The notes below the pieces were generated by a model. That model was not told where the DNA came from. It did no database searches and saw nothing but the letters and a program-made list of their open reading frames with translations. A program made the position numbers and the translations under genes. Positions 1 to 10,214 of a DNA stretch of 64,000 bases are shown here, piece after piece. The DNA is from Myxococcales bacterium (lineage in GTDB: Bacteria > Myxococcota_A > Polyangia > Polyangiales > Polyangiaceae). Location: contig JADKKK010000003.1 of NCBI GenBank assembly GCA_016720545.1, positions 409,516 to 473,515 of the forward strand, given 5' to 3'. The first letter of the stretch is position 1; every line of letters starts with the position of its first letter.

Positions 1-1
1 G

Positions 2-475
2 GGCATCGCCAAGTTCCTGGCTGATCCGACCTATGCGCAGCAGTGCTACGTGACCTCGGAGCCGCTCGCGGTGAAGAAGAAGGGCGAGACCCCGCAGGTG
101 TTCCTCGGAGCCGACGCCGGCTTCAACCCGTACACGAACATCCTCGTCACGCGGGGCGCGATGCTGAAGGAGAAGCTGCCGCTCGTCCGGGCCTTCGTCG
201 CCGCCTCCGCCGAGGGCTGGCGCGCCTACTTGAAGGACCCGGCCCCGGCGAACGCGGTGATGCAGCGCCTGAACACCGCGATGGACGCCGAGACGTTCGC
301 CGCGGCCGCGGCCGCGCAGCGCCCGCTCATCGAGACCGCGGAGACCGCGAAGGCCGGCCTCGGCGTCATGACCGAGGCCCGCTGGGCCACGCTCGCGTCT
401 CAGCTCGCCGACCTCGGCGTCGTCCCGAAGGCGCTCCCGGCCGCCGAATACTTCGCGATCGTCGCCGCGCCGTAG
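2..475 (+). CDS. ABC transporter periplasmic substrate-binding protein (NMT1/SsuA-like), C-terminal part; the gene starts upstream of the window
   Basis: The open frame runs from base 2 (GIAKFLADPTYAQQCYVTSEPLAVKKKG...). The C-terminal fold resembles nitrate/sulfonate/bicarbonate-type binding proteins. Stop is TAG at 473-475. Confidence 0.55.
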   Translation, partial: GIAKFLADPTYAQQCYVTSEPLAVKKKGETPQVFLGADAGFNPYTNILVTRGAMLKEKLPLVRAFVAASAEGWRAYLKDPAPANAVMQRLNTAMDAETFAAAAAAQRPLIETAETAKAGLGVMTEARWATLASQLADLGVVPKALPAAEYFAIVAAP

Positions 476-641
476 CAGCCCGTCGAGAGGCACGCCGCTG
501 CGCGTCGTGCGACCGCGCTGAGCGCGCAAACGTGGCGCCGGCGCGCGCGACGAATGTGAGCGAACGGACCCCGTGGAGGGCCTGCGCGGCACAACAAAGC
601 CTGGGCGGTGCCGGCTCGCGCGTGCCATCCTTCCCCCCGTC

Positions 642-2084
642 ATGCTTGCCGCGCTTTCGAAGCTGTCGATCAGCGACTTCATCGAGCCGGGGTCGACGTT
701 CGCCGATCGGTACATCGTGGAGCGCGAGCTGGGGCGCGGAGGCATGGGCGCGGTCATCCTCGTGAAGCACCCGCAGCTGGGGAAGCAGTTCGCGCTGAAG
801 GTGATGTTGCCCGAGCTCGCGGAGGACGAGCGGCTCGTGGAGCGCTTCCTGCGCGAAGGCAGGGCGACCGCCCGCCTCACGAGCGAGCACGTGGCGAGGG
901 TCTTCGACGCGGGCCGCCACCCCGCGGGCTTCCCGTTCCTCGTCATGGAGTACCTGCAGGGGAAGAGCCTGCACGAGGTCCTCCATCGCGGCACCTCGCT
1001 CGACATCCCGACGGCGGTCGACCTGCTGCTCCAGGCCTGCGAGGGTGTCGCCCACGCGCACGCCGCGGGCATCGTTCATCGCGACCTGAAGCCCGCGAAC
1101 CTGTTCCTCACCACGAAGGCCGACGGCGCGCCCTGCCTCAAGGTCCTCGATTTCGGGATCGCCAAGGAGATCGGCGGCGCGAGCCCGATGACGGCGACGG
1201 CCGAGAGCTTCGGCTCACCCGAGTACATGTCGCCGGAGCAGGTGCGCGCGGCGAAGAACGTCGATCCCCGCTCCGACGTGTGGTCGCTCGGCGTCGTGTT
1301 CTTCGAGCTCCTGACACGCCGCGTGCCCTTCGAGAGCGCGTCGGTCTTCGAGGTCGCGTCGCTCATTCTCTCGGGCGCTCCCCACGACCTTCAGGCGCTC
1401 CGCCCCGACGCCCCGCGCGGCCTCGCCGACGTCGTCGCGCGCTGCTTCGAGAAGGAGCCCGGCCGTCGATGGCCTGACGTGAGCGCCCTCGCGGCTGCGC
1501 TCGCCCCTTACGGGCCCCCGGGCTCCGAAGCGCGCGCCGCGACCGTCGCGCAGATCCTCGGCACGACCGGGGGCGCGCTGTTCGCCCAAGTTTCCCTCGC
1601 GAAAGTGGACCCGCTCGGGGAAGCGGCGACCGAGCGCTCCGTGCCAGGACGCAGCACCGGGTTCTCCTCTCGGCGGACCTTGAGCCGGGTCGCGCTTGGC
1701 CTGCTGGTCGTCTCCTTTGGCGCGGCGGCGTTCTCGGCCTGGGCGTTTCATTCGTCGCGGCAGGCACCCGGCGGCGCAGGCCCCGATCCGCACGCCGCGG
1801 GGACAGGCGCGGCGACCGCGGCGGTGAGCCTCCCGTCCCCTCCACCCAGCTTGGCGCCCCTGACCGCCACGCCGCCACCGGCGACCGCGTCGGCGCCTGT
1901 GAGCGTCGCGACAACACCGGGGAGCGCGGGGCGCGCGCTCGTCCCCTCGCACGCAACGACCGCGAAGCCGGCCCCCTCGGCTTCGGCGCCGCCCCACGCG
2001 GCGTCTTCCGCTCCCGGCCCTACGGCGCCCGCCCCCTCGGCCTCCGCGCCGCGCGGGCCCGGGCTGTCGCGCCACGGCGAGTGA
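642..2084 (+). CDS. Hanks-type Ser/Thr protein kinase with C-terminal TM segment and Pro/Ala-rich tail
   Basis: Carries GRGGMGAV (G-loop), ALK (VAIK-like), HRDLKPANL, DFG and SPE motifs. The start is probably the ATG at 642 rather than the upstream GTG. Confidence 0.85.
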   Translation: MLAALSKLSISDFIEPGSTFADRYIVERELGRGGMGAVILVKHPQLGKQFALKVMLPELAEDERLVERFLREGRATARLTSEHVARVFDAGRHPAGFPFLVMEYLQGKSLHEVLHRGTSLDIPTAVDLLLQACEGVAHAHAAGIVHRDLKPANLFLTTKADGAPCLKVLDFGIAKEIGGASPMTATAESFGSPEYMSPEQVRAAKNVDPRSDVWSLGVVFFELLTRRVPFESASVFEVASLILSGAPHDLQALRPDAPRGLADVVARCFEKEPGRRWPDVSALAAALAPYGPPGSEARAATVAQILGTTGGALFAQVSLAKVDPLGEAATERSVPGRSTGFSSRRTLSRVALGLLVVSFGAAAFSAWAFHSSRQAPGGAGPDPHAAGTGAATAAVSLPSPPPSLAPLTATPPPATASAPVSVATTPGSAGRALVPSHATTAKPAPSASAPPHAASSAPGPTAPAPSASAPRGPGLSRHGE

Positions 2085-2191
2085 AGCTCACCGTCACGGC
2101 GCCGTTGCGCCCCGCCGAGCGAAGATCGGCGCGGCTCAGCGTCGGAGACGGTCGTGAAGACCTATCGCGCCCATCTATGAGACTGAATTAG

Positions 2192-3448
2192 TTAGAAGTG
2201 CTGGGTGATCCCGAACTGCGCGAACCAGGTCGCGATCGGGTGATGGATCCGTGCGACGTCGACGCGCAGCAGGGTGTCGACGAGCGCTGTCGGGAGGAGG
2301 CGCAGGCCGGCGCCGGTCGACCACGCCGTCATCGCCGGGGTGGAGGCTCCGCGCGCGTCCATCGGCTCGAACACCGCCGCGTCCGTAAACAGCACGCCTT
2401 GCACGTACCAGCGGCGCGCGATCTCGATGGCGTGTCGAACCTCCAGGTTGGCATACGCCTGCGACCGATTCCGGTAGAGCGAGTCGGGCAGACCTCGCAC
2501 GCCCGCCTGGCTGCCGAGCAGGGCGCTGTGGTTCGGGTTCCCGCCGTTCACCGCGCTCGCGCTCGCATTGAGCATGAGAACGGTCTTGTTCCCCAGCGGC
2601 AGCCCCGCGATCGCCTTGGCCCTGAGCTCATGCCGAGGTTCGGCCGGTCCGACGAAGATGCCGGGCCGCAGCTCGAGCGCCGCGCGGAAGCCCCGGGGAG
2701 TGAGGTCGTTCCAGGTATACCGGTCATAGACAAGCTCGCTCGTCGTACCGAGGTAGGTGCCGTCGCGTGGCTGCGAGGGCCCGGACGCGCCGGTGAGGGT
2801 CTCTTGATAGGCGTTCAGCTGAAACTCGTATCGCCACTTCGTCGTGTAGAACGAGGGCGAGAGAAACTCCACCTCCGCGCCCAGGCGGTTTCGCTGCCAC
2901 GTGTGTTGCGCGTCCGCACCCTCGAAACGGAAGCCGGAGCCTGCGTAGTAGATCTCCTGCTCGCGCGCCCAGCTGCGCGGGCGGTACGGGTGCTCGTGGA
3001 GCCAGAGGATGAAGTTGAGGCCTCGCTCACTGTAGCTCGCCTTTCCACCCAGGCGCGTCCCGTGGCCGTCCACGTCATGCTGAATCGCACCGAGCGTGAG
3101 CTTCGAGTCGGCCAGCGTCTTGCCCGTGGAGAGATCGAAGATCGGTGAGAGGGTGAACTTCCTGCGGACGCGGACGAGCAGCGTCGTGCCCGTGTGGTCG
3201 ACCTCGACCTGGTCGAAGAGCGCGAGGTTCTTGATACGTCGCCGCAGCTCGACGAGCTCGGCGCCAGTGAACGACGAAGGCAGCGGCCTCGGCAGCAGCT
3301 CGCTGATCGTCTCTGGCTCGGTCTTCTCCAGACCTTCGCTCCGCAGGGTCTCGATCGCGTAGGTGGCGGACGGGTCGAGGTCAGCCCCCGCGGGGGTCGC
3401 GTACATCAGCGAGGCGAGTCCACACGCGAGGAGGAGTGGACGCTTCAT
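2192..3448 (-). CDS. outer-membrane beta-barrel protein (Omp85/ShlB-like, one POTRA-like region)
   Basis: Signal peptide MKRPLLLACGLASLMYATPAGA. The C-terminus ends ...FGITQHF (terminal aromatic), which is typical of OM beta-barrels. It overlaps the upstream M56 gene by 4 nt, suggesting an operon. Confidence 0.55.
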   Translation of the reverse strand: MKRPLLLACGLASLMYATPAGADLDPSATYAIETLRSEGLEKTEPETISELLPRPLPSSFTGAELVELRRRIKNLALFDQVEVDHTGTTLLVRVRRKFTLSPIFDLSTGKTLADSKLTLGAIQHDVDGHGTRLGGKASYSERGLNFILWLHEHPYRPRSWAREQEIYYAGSGFRFEGADAQHTWQRNRLGAEVEFLSPSFYTTKWRYEFQLNAYQETLTGASGPSQPRDGTYLGTTSELVYDRYTWNDLTPRGFRAALELRPGIFVGPAEPRHELRAKAIAGLPLGNKTVLMLNASASAVNGGNPNHSALLGSQAGVRGLPDSLYRNRSQAYANLEVRHAIEIARRWYVQGVLFTDAAVFEPMDARGASTPAMTAWSTGAGLRLLPTALVDTLLRVDVARIHHPIATWFAQFGITQHF

Positions 3449-4266
3449 GGGCTTCCCGCGAGGATCGCGACGTACGGCGCGGACGCGACGACCCCGAAGA
3501 CGAACGCGGCGATCGCGAGGCTCACCGCGAAGGGCGCCAGGAACGAACGGCGCCCCTCGGGGTGCGGCGCCGGTGGGGAGAGCAACCGGCGGACACGGAT
3601 CTCGAGGAGCGTCGCGTCGTCTGCCAGGGCCGCCCCCGCCCTGGTCCGCCCCTGGGCAAGGCTCGCCGCCTTGACGAGGGCGCTCGCGAGGTCGGCCGCG
3701 TCGACGTTCGGGTCCTGGACGGCCTCGTCATCGCGCGCGAGCTCGAGCGCCGCGAGCCAGGCGCGCTGTCGGAGTCGTGGGCGAGAGAAGGGCCATTGGA
3801 GATCCGTCAGGAGCTGCACGATCCAGATCCAGCGCGGATCGCAGTGACGGACGTGCGCCTCCTCGTGAGCCATCACGGCACGGAGCTCGCCGGGGCGCAG
3901 CATCGCGAGCAGCTCCGCGCTGAGCTTGACCGTGGGACGGAACAGACCGACGGTCAGCGCCGGCCCCTCGACCTCGGCGAACACCGCGAGGACGGCCCGC
4001 ACGCCCGCGCGTAGCCATACGAGTCCAAAAGGCACCGCGGCGATGAGGCGCGTGACGTTCAATCCCTGCGGGCCCTCGGGATCGGCGACCGCAAAGCCGA
4101 GCAGGACGAACAACGGCAGCGACGCGGGCAGCGCTGGAAGCCAGAGACGGCGCCACGCGACTCGCTCCCCCGCATCCGGCGGAGTGGGCACGAGCGCCCC
4201 GAAGAGCCATATGAGCGCGCCGCTCAGGAGGACGATGAGCAGCTCCGCGACTTCGTCACGATCCAC
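3445..4266 (-). CDS. M56-family (BlaR1-like) membrane metalloprotease/signal transducer, no sensor domain
   Basis: HEEAH (HExxH) zinc motif, N-terminal TM helices, and overlap with an upstream BlaI-family repressor gene. Confidence 0.75.
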   Translation of the reverse strand: MDRDEVAELLIVLLSGALIWLFGALVPTPPDAGERVAWRRLWLPALPASLPLFVLLGFAVADPEGPQGLNVTRLIAAVPFGLVWLRAGVRAVLAVFAEVEGPALTVGLFRPTVKLSAELLAMLRPGELRAVMAHEEAHVRHCDPRWIWIVQLLTDLQWPFSRPRLRQRAWLAALELARDDEAVQDPNVDAADLASALVKAASLAQGRTRAGAALADDATLLEIRVRRLLSPPAPHPEGRRSFLAPFAVSLAIAAFVFGVVASAPYVAILAGSP

Positions 4267-4645
4267 GACGACTCCTCCGGCGGGCGGCGATCTCCTCGGC
4301 GAGACGGTCGAGCAGGGCGGGATCGTACGTCTCGACCGCGTCGACGAGCCTGGCCACCGCGGGCTCGGGATCGCCTCCGAAGATGCGGCTCACCAGGTCG
4401 CGAACGCGTGAGCGCTCCACGGCGCGTTCCGGCCTCGCAGGTCGAAACACGAGCGCCCTGCCGTCCCGCTCGCGGGTCACGAACCCCTTCTTGTGGAGCC
4501 GATCGAGGACGGTCGAGATGGTCGTGTAGGCGAGCCCTCGTGGCACGCCGACTCGCTCGTGCACCTCGCGCACGGTGCACGTGCCAAGCTGCCAAACGGC
4601 GGAGAGGATCTCGTGCTCTTGCTCACCCAGCGTCGACGTCATGTT
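4256..4645 (-). CDS. BlaI/MecI/CopY-family transcriptional repressor
   Basis: The winged-helix N-terminus (EQEHEILSAVWQLGTCTVREVHERV) is typical of BlaI/CopY. Translationally coupled to the M56 gene. I chose the internal ATG (MTSTLGEQ...) as start. Confidence 0.8.
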   Translation of the reverse strand, partial: NMTSTLGEQEHEILSAVWQLGTCTVREVHERVGVPRGLAYTTISTVLDRLHKKGFVTRERDGRALVFRPARPERAVERSRVRDLVSRIFGGDPEPAVARLVDAVETYDPALLDRLAEEIAARRRSRRGS

Positions 4646-4662
4646 GGGTTCAGCGTCTACTA

Positions 4663-4696
4663 CTACATCTGTAGAATGAGTCAACTACACGTGTAG
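4663..4696. promoter_or_regulatory. Two operator-like palindromes upstream of the BlaI-family gene: CTACAtcTGTAG (4663-4674) and perfect 12-bp palindrome CTACACGTGTAG (4685-4696)
   Basis: Inverted repeats of the TACA/TGTA type, as in BlaI/MecI operators. They sit 20-50 nt upstream of the repressor start, in the only AT-richer stretch of this intergenic region. Confidence 0.5.
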
Positions 4697-4733
4697 AAGG
4701 TGGGCGCCATCCAGCGCGCAGGCCATCGCCCGC

Positions 4734-7700
4734 TCAGGCTCGAGGTCGGGCCGAGAGCACGGAGGGTCCCTGCAGCACGCGCTCGCTGTCTCCCTCGATC
4801 GCCCTCACCCAGGCCTCCCAGCGAATGGGCTGGCGTGCGAAGACGAGCTCCTCCGCGGTCACGCTCGGGTGCTCGCCCTCCGCGCGGCCCCCCCTCACGA
4901 CCGGCGCGAGAGAGCCGGTGCCACGGAGATCGTAGACGAGCTCCGTCCGAAAGCCCTCCTCGGGCCAGACGATGAGCCCCTCGTCCGCGATGTCATAGCG
5001 GGCCCCCTCTCCGATGAGCGCCTCGATCTGCTCGCGCACGAGATCGACCGCCGCGAGCTTGTAGAGCCCAGACAAGACCGTCTCCATGATCGCCCGCTGT
5101 TCGGGCGAAAGGACCGCGAAGAAGCCCGGCTCGCCCACGCTCGCGACGAGCCAGCCCGACTGCTCCTCGAAGTGAAGCCACGCCACGTCGCTGGCTTCCC
5201 GCTCACCCTGTTCATGGGGCGACGCGCGCAGCTCGAGGCCGACGCGGATTCGGTTCGATCCGACCCTCACCGCGTGCACGAGGACCTCGCCCGAGGTCCA
5301 CCGCCGGACACGACGCAGGAGCCCCGCGAGCTCACGCTCGACGAACGTCGTGAGACCGCGCTCGACCTCGCGGACTCCCTCTCGGTGCGCGTTCACCGAG
5401 CGCGCCCCACGTCGCGCCGCGAGCCTCAGCTTCGCGAAGAGCTTCGGGACCGTGCCCGAGTGAAAGCCGACCACGAGCAAGCCGTTCATCGTCTCGCCGT
5501 GATGGCCAATCCGAACAGGCTCGAGCGACTCGGCGCGATTGTGTGCGTAGAGCTTCCAGTTCTCTTTGAGCTCCCACACCAAGAAGCCGAAGACGCCGGG
5601 CAGCAGGAACACCGTGGTGCCCGCGACGGTGTTCGCCACGACGGCCCCGAGAGGGACGAGGGGCGTCCGCATCGCCTCGAGGAGGGTCGGGGCCATCGGG
5701 AGCAAGATCTTGTGCGAGACCGTGACGACCGGAAAATGTTTGATCGGGTTCACCTGCGGCTCGATGAGCAGGTTCACGTACACACGCACGAGGTAGGTCA
5801 CGAAGAACCACACGAGCCCGAACGCGCCCTTCATGACGACGGCGAGGGTGCCCTGCCCGTCCCGGAAGGTGAGCCACTCGTCGACCGTGTAGATGCCCCG
5901 CTCCACGCGCTCGACGGCGCGCCGAGAGACATCGAGCGCGAGCGCGACGAGCCCTGGGATCACGTGGCGCCGAAGGTTACCAATGCCGCGCAGGACGAGG
6001 TCGCTCGCCGACTCCTCCATCCGCGCGCCGAACGGGGTCCCGAAGAAGAGCGCCGCGACGACGAAGACGCCACCGGCCGCCGCCGCGCTGCCCGGAGCGG
6101 CGAGACCGTGACGCCGGGCGAACAGGAAACCGGGCGCCCCGAGGACGAGCGGCTTCAGCACCAACCGCGAGAAGAGCGCGAAGGGCGCGCTGCGAAGGAA
6201 GGCCTTCACGACGGGGCGGCTGAGGACCCACGAGGGAATGCCCACGAAGACGGTCCGCACCGCGGAGCCCGCAGAGGACAGCGCGCCGAGCGCGGCCCGC
6301 CGAAAGGGGAGACTGTGAAGCAGTCCATAGACGATGAGCGCCACCACGGCCATTGAGAGGGTGGTGCGAATCGGAACGTGCGGATGACCGACTTTCTTGC
6401 CTATCCCGTGGGCCAGGTGCTGGAGAGCTTCGAGGAAGACGAACGCCGCGAGCAGGGGGATGACGGCGTGCAACGTGATCTTGCGGCCAAGAGAGGTACC
6501 AAAGGCCACTCCGCTCGCCTTCTGCAGCCCCCGAAGATAGACCTCGCCGGGTCGGTACACGCCATCGAGGCGAAGCGACAGCTGCCGATCCGCGCGGAGC
6601 AGCGCGTCCCCGCCGGTCAAGGCGGCGAGGGTGAGATTCCCCATCTTGAGGTTGCTCCGAGAGAGCGCGTCGCGAAGCTCTGACAGCCCCAGGAATCCCC
6701 GTTCCAAGATCTGGTCCAAGATCTCCGCGCAGAGCTTCTCTCGCGCGACCTCCTCCGGCACGTTGGAGGGGCGCAAGCCGACCTCGTCGAGCACCGCTGT
6801 GAGGACAGGGAGGACCGAGCGCTCCACGTTCGTTCGAGCGCGGGAGACGGCCGAGCGAAAGGTCGTCTCCAGGTCGCGCCTGTCGCCCGCCCCGATCTCG
6901 GCGCGGTGCGAGGTCACGAACGCGTGATGGAGGCGGCGCGCGATCCTGACGCGCGTGGCCATCGGCAGCGGACGCACGATCCGGCGTCGAAAGCCGGACG
7001 TCACCCAGGTGATCACGTCGACCGCGCGGCGCTCGCGCTCATGCTCCACGCAGGCCTTCTGGAGGTCGAAGAGGACCCTCGCCTCGAGCGACCGCGGTGA
7101 CCATGCGCCCGCCGCCCGCTCGGCGAGCGGCGCGAGGGTGCGCTCCCACTCCGCCGCTATGGGGCCCGCCGGGCCCGCCTGCTCCGCCGGGTCGTCGTGC
7201 TCGGGTCGGAGCGCGGCCACGAGGCGAGCCGCGAGGGTCGAGAGGTCGGCGGTCGCGCCCGCGCGCGCTTCGGGAGTATCCAGCTGGAGCTGCAAGATCG
7301 CGGCGCGTGCGTGGTTCCCGTCGCTCCTGACGCGTTCGGCGAGCGCCCGGAGCACCCCGACGCGCGCCCCGGCTTGGGCCGCCGCGCGAGCGTCCCCGGC
7401 GAGCACCCGGCCGCTCTGCCGACGAGGCTCGCCGTCGCGCTCATCGCGCGGTGCGGGCGGCGCCCCCGCGGGACGCGAGCGGGCGAGCAGCGCGGCCGCG
7501 TCGAGCTCGAGGGCGAGCGCAGCTTCGACACGCGCCGTGTCCTCGAGGGTGGGGAAATACTTCGCGAGGTCTTGGGCCGCGAAGTGCCGCAGCTCGAGGA
7601 AGAAGGCGGCAAACTCGATATAGGCCTCCGCGTCGTCCCCTGGCGAAAACAGGAGGTGCTCGCCCTCGAGGACGGCGCGTATTTCGTCGAACTCGGTCTG

Positions 7701-8153
7701 ACCGATTTGGTCAATCTTCGCCTTGAGCTCCGCGCTCCCCAGCGCGCCGCTTCGCACGCGGCTCTCGAGCTCGGCGTGCACGTGGCCATGGAACGCCGCC
7801 CGCCAAACGGCAGGGGCTCGATCGAGCTCCGGGAGGTCTGGCCGGGCGACGAGGATCACGCTCTCCGGGAGCTCGGCGACGCCGAGGTCCTCGAGACGGA
7901 CGAGGCCCTCGAGGGCGGCGCGCGGCAGGACGATCACGTGCCCGTGCGGGACCTGGAGGCCCATGCCCGTGATTCCCCGATAGCGCTTCACCACGCGGCG
8001 CACGAGCCTCGCGTCCGCGACGACGGCCCGCGCCGTAGCCGCCTGCGTGGGCCCCCCTCGCCGCTCGGCGCCGTCGTCCGAAGGCGTGTCGACCATGGCC
8101 CACTCTACCGCGAAGACGCGAGTCATCGCAGCTCGCGGCGCGGCGGCGCGCAC
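4734..8153 (-). CDS. large hypothetical protein with central multi-TM region (~1100 aa)
   Basis: One uninterrupted frame of 1139 codons with protein-like composition at both ends (non-Arg-rich, hydrophobic TM block in the middle). I recognise no family. The start is ambiguous (8153 GTG, 8126 or 8096 ATG). Confidence 0.5.
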   Translation of the reverse strand: MRAAAPRAAMTRVFAVEWAMVDTPSDDGAERRGGPTQAATARAVVADARLVRRVVKRYRGITGMGLQVPHGHVIVLPRAALEGLVRLEDLGVAELPESVILVARPDLPELDRAPAVWRAAFHGHVHAELESRVRSGALGSAELKAKIDQIGQTEFDEIRAVLEGEHLLFSPGDDAEAYIEFAAFFLELRHFAAQDLAKYFPTLEDTARVEAALALELDAAALLARSRPAGAPPAPRDERDGEPRRQSGRVLAGDARAAAQAGARVGVLRALAERVRSDGNHARAAILQLQLDTPEARAGATADLSTLAARLVAALRPEHDDPAEQAGPAGPIAAEWERTLAPLAERAAGAWSPRSLEARVLFDLQKACVEHERERRAVDVITWVTSGFRRRIVRPLPMATRVRIARRLHHAFVTSHRAEIGAGDRRDLETTFRSAVSRARTNVERSVLPVLTAVLDEVGLRPSNVPEEVAREKLCAEILDQILERGFLGLSELRDALSRSNLKMGNLTLAALTGGDALLRADRQLSLRLDGVYRPGEVYLRGLQKASGVAFGTSLGRKITLHAVIPLLAAFVFLEALQHLAHGIGKKVGHPHVPIRTTLSMAVVALIVYGLLHSLPFRRAALGALSSAGSAVRTVFVGIPSWVLSRPVVKAFLRSAPFALFSRLVLKPLVLGAPGFLFARRHGLAAPGSAAAAGGVFVVAALFFGTPFGARMEESASDLVLRGIGNLRRHVIPGLVALALDVSRRAVERVERGIYTVDEWLTFRDGQGTLAVVMKGAFGLVWFFVTYLVRVYVNLLIEPQVNPIKHFPVVTVSHKILLPMAPTLLEAMRTPLVPLGAVVANTVAGTTVFLLPGVFGFLVWELKENWKLYAHNRAESLEPVRIGHHGETMNGLLVVGFHSGTVPKLFAKLRLAARRGARSVNAHREGVREVERGLTTFVERELAGLLRRVRRWTSGEVLVHAVRVGSNRIRVGLELRASPHEQGEREASDVAWLHFEEQSGWLVASVGEPGFFAVLSPEQRAIMETVLSGLYKLAAVDLVREQIEALIGEGARYDIADEGLIVWPEEGFRTELVYDLRGTGSLAPVVRGGRAEGEHPSVTAEELVFARQPIRWEAWVRAIEGDSERVLQGPSVLSARPRA

Positions 8154-8189
8154 CGCCGAGCCGAGGCGAACGCTTGGACGCGCGCAAAC

Positions 8190-9588
8190 TTAGGCCCAGA
8201 TCGTGCGCTCGAGCTCGTCCATGAGGGACGCGGCGAGCGCGGGAGACGGCACCCCCGCTCGCTTCGCGAGCTCGGCCTCCGGCGCGACACGAAGCTCCGC
8301 CCGAAGCGCCGACACGGCCTCGGTCATCGCCCGACGGACGTCGTCGCGCTGGGTCCCGGTGAGGTTCCGGAGCGACCACCGGTGCAGGCGCCACGACAGC
8401 TCCGCGTGGCGGGTCTCGTCCGCGGCGATCGCGGACATCGCGGCGCGGATCGTGGGGTCCTGCGCACGCGTCGCCTGCACATGCGCGACGACGGCGCCGT
8501 AGGTCTCGCGCACGCACCCCTCGACCGCGTTCTCGCGCGAGGGCCTCGAGACCGCGAGCCCCGACGCCCTCGACGCGGGGACGGAGAGGCGAGACCCCGT
8601 GGCGGCGCGCGAGCCGCGCGGTGACGCGTGCGTGCCGCACCTCGTCCCGAGCGGCGCGCTTCGCGCGACGAACGAGGCGCTGCGGCGCCCCGGCGCGCGC
8701 GAGCTCCCCCGCGAGCCTCCGGAAGGAGACGACGCTCGCGCCCTCGAGCTCGGCCGCGCGCGCGAAGAAGCGCCCCACGGAGGGCGCGCCCGCGGCGTCC
8801 GGCTGGGCGACGAGCCCCTCGGGGCGCCGGCCGATCGCGCACGGATCCGCGGGCAGCGATTTTCGCGCGACCGGGGTCACGGTGCCGTCCGTGGCGACCT
8901 TCACCGAGACCTCCTCCTCGACGAAGCAGTTCGCGTAAGGGAACGACAGGTCGTAGCCCGTGGCCGTCGCGGTCGCGCGCGGCACGAGGTTCGGGTACTT
9001 GGTGCTGCAGAGCGGACTGCCGCCTCCGAAGAAGCGAGACATGAGCCACGCCTCGCCCGGGGTGTCGATCGGTCCAAAGAGCGCCTTCGCCTCGGCGAGC
9101 GTCGACGCCTTGCCGACCGTGTCTCCCCGCGTGAACACGATGTAGGACGTCAGACACCCCTCCGGCGGCCCAGCCTGATTCTGGCGACACGACGCGGGAT
9201 CGGCGGGCTCGGGCAAGATGCGCAGCGCCGCGAGGGCGGCTTGGCACTTCGCGGGGTCCGTCGCCGTTCCGCACGGTGTGCCCGCACCCTCGCTCTGGCT
9301 CGCTTTCCATTGCGCCACGAGGCCCGCGTCCGGGAGTGGGCCGCCGTCGCCTTGGGGCGTCGTCGCGTCAATGGCCTCCCTCCTCGCGCCGATGTAGTCG
9401 ACCGCGACGGGGAGGCGCACGTCTTCGAAGGTGGCGGGGGGCCGGCAGGGGCCGCCGGGTGTTCCGCCCTCGGACGTACCGCCGTCGGAGGTGCCGCCGT
9501 CGGACGTTGATCCGACCGACCCACACCCCGCGCCGAGGACAGCCAGCGCCACCCCACGAATGACCGTCGACACCGCGCGTCTTTGCAT
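8190..9588 (-). pseudogene. ferritin-like-domain lipoprotein, apparent frameshift near 8580-8600
   Basis: The N-terminal part is in the frame starting ATG 9588: lipoprotein signal MQRRAVSTVIRGVALAVLGAGCGS, a Cys-rich region and ...AKRAARDEVRHARVTARLARRHG (DExRH ferritin-like motif). The C-terminal part is in another frame (...ENAVEGCVRETYGAVVAHVQA...IAADETRHAELSWRLHRW), the second DExRH half-site. The first frame then degenerates into Arg-rich nonsense. Confidence 0.55.
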
Positions 9589-9737
9589 CCGCGCAGTATG
9601 CGGCACTTCGGATCTGCCGGCACGCGCGGAATCACGCGCCGCGGCGAACCCGCTCGCCGAGCTGACTTATCGACCGGCGAAGCGTGGGGGCGAGACAGAG
9701 ACAAGGCGCCATGCCATCGCGCATCGCGCGGGGTCGC

Positions 9738-10181
9738 TCACTCCTCGATGGCTTCGATGCCCTGCTCCGCCAGACGCGCCAGGCCGTCCTTCATGGCCTG
9801 CAGCTGCGCGGGCGCGTGTCCCTTCCACTCGGCGAGCTCGCCGATGACTCGGAGCGGGGCCCGCGTGCGGTACGACCTCGTCGGGTTGCCTGGGAACTTC
9901 CTGTCCGTGAGGTTGGGATCGTCCTCGATCGGCCCGGTCGGCTCGACGATGTAGATCCGGCCCGGTTCGCCTCCGACGGCGAGCTCTGCGCCCCACGTCG
10001 CGGCGTCCAGGGTGGCGGTCAGGTACACGAAGGCCGCGTTCTTCCTCTCGCCGTAGTTCGAGGCGTGACCGGGCCGGATCAGGTCGCCCGGCGTCAAGGC
10101 GGCCTTCGTGCCGTGGAGGTACCCCGGCGCGCCGAGGCTATCCGTCCACACCTGGAACGGCTCTGGTGGCAGCGTCGTCAT
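9738..10181 (-). CDS. arr: NAD+--rifampin ADP-ribosyltransferase
   Basis: The 147-aa protein MTTLPPEPFQVWTDSLGAPGYLHGTKAALTPGDLI...AELAVGGEPGRIYIVEPTGPIEDDPNLTDRKFPGNPTRSYRTRAPLRVIGELAEWKGH closely matches Arr-family proteins (YHGT, IYIVEPTGPFEDDPNLT, FPGNPT, SYR motifs). Confidence 0.85.
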   Translation of the reverse strand: MTTLPPEPFQVWTDSLGAPGYLHGTKAALTPGDLIRPGHASNYGERKNAAFVYLTATLDAATWGAELAVGGEPGRIYIVEPTGPIEDDPNLTDRKFPGNPTRSYRTRAPLRVIGELAEWKGHAPAQLQAMKDGLARLAEQGIEAIEE

Positions 10182-10214
10182 TGGCCGCGACGTTACGCGA
10201 GTCGCCGGGGCCGC

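Noticed and set aside
366-2075. Long antisense ORFs overlapping the kinase gene (366-1079, 608-1477, 1215-2075, 1363-1956)
   Set aside because: Their Arg/Pro/Gly-rich composition is the usual GC-rich wrong-frame artefact. The sense-strand kinase has all catalytic motifs.
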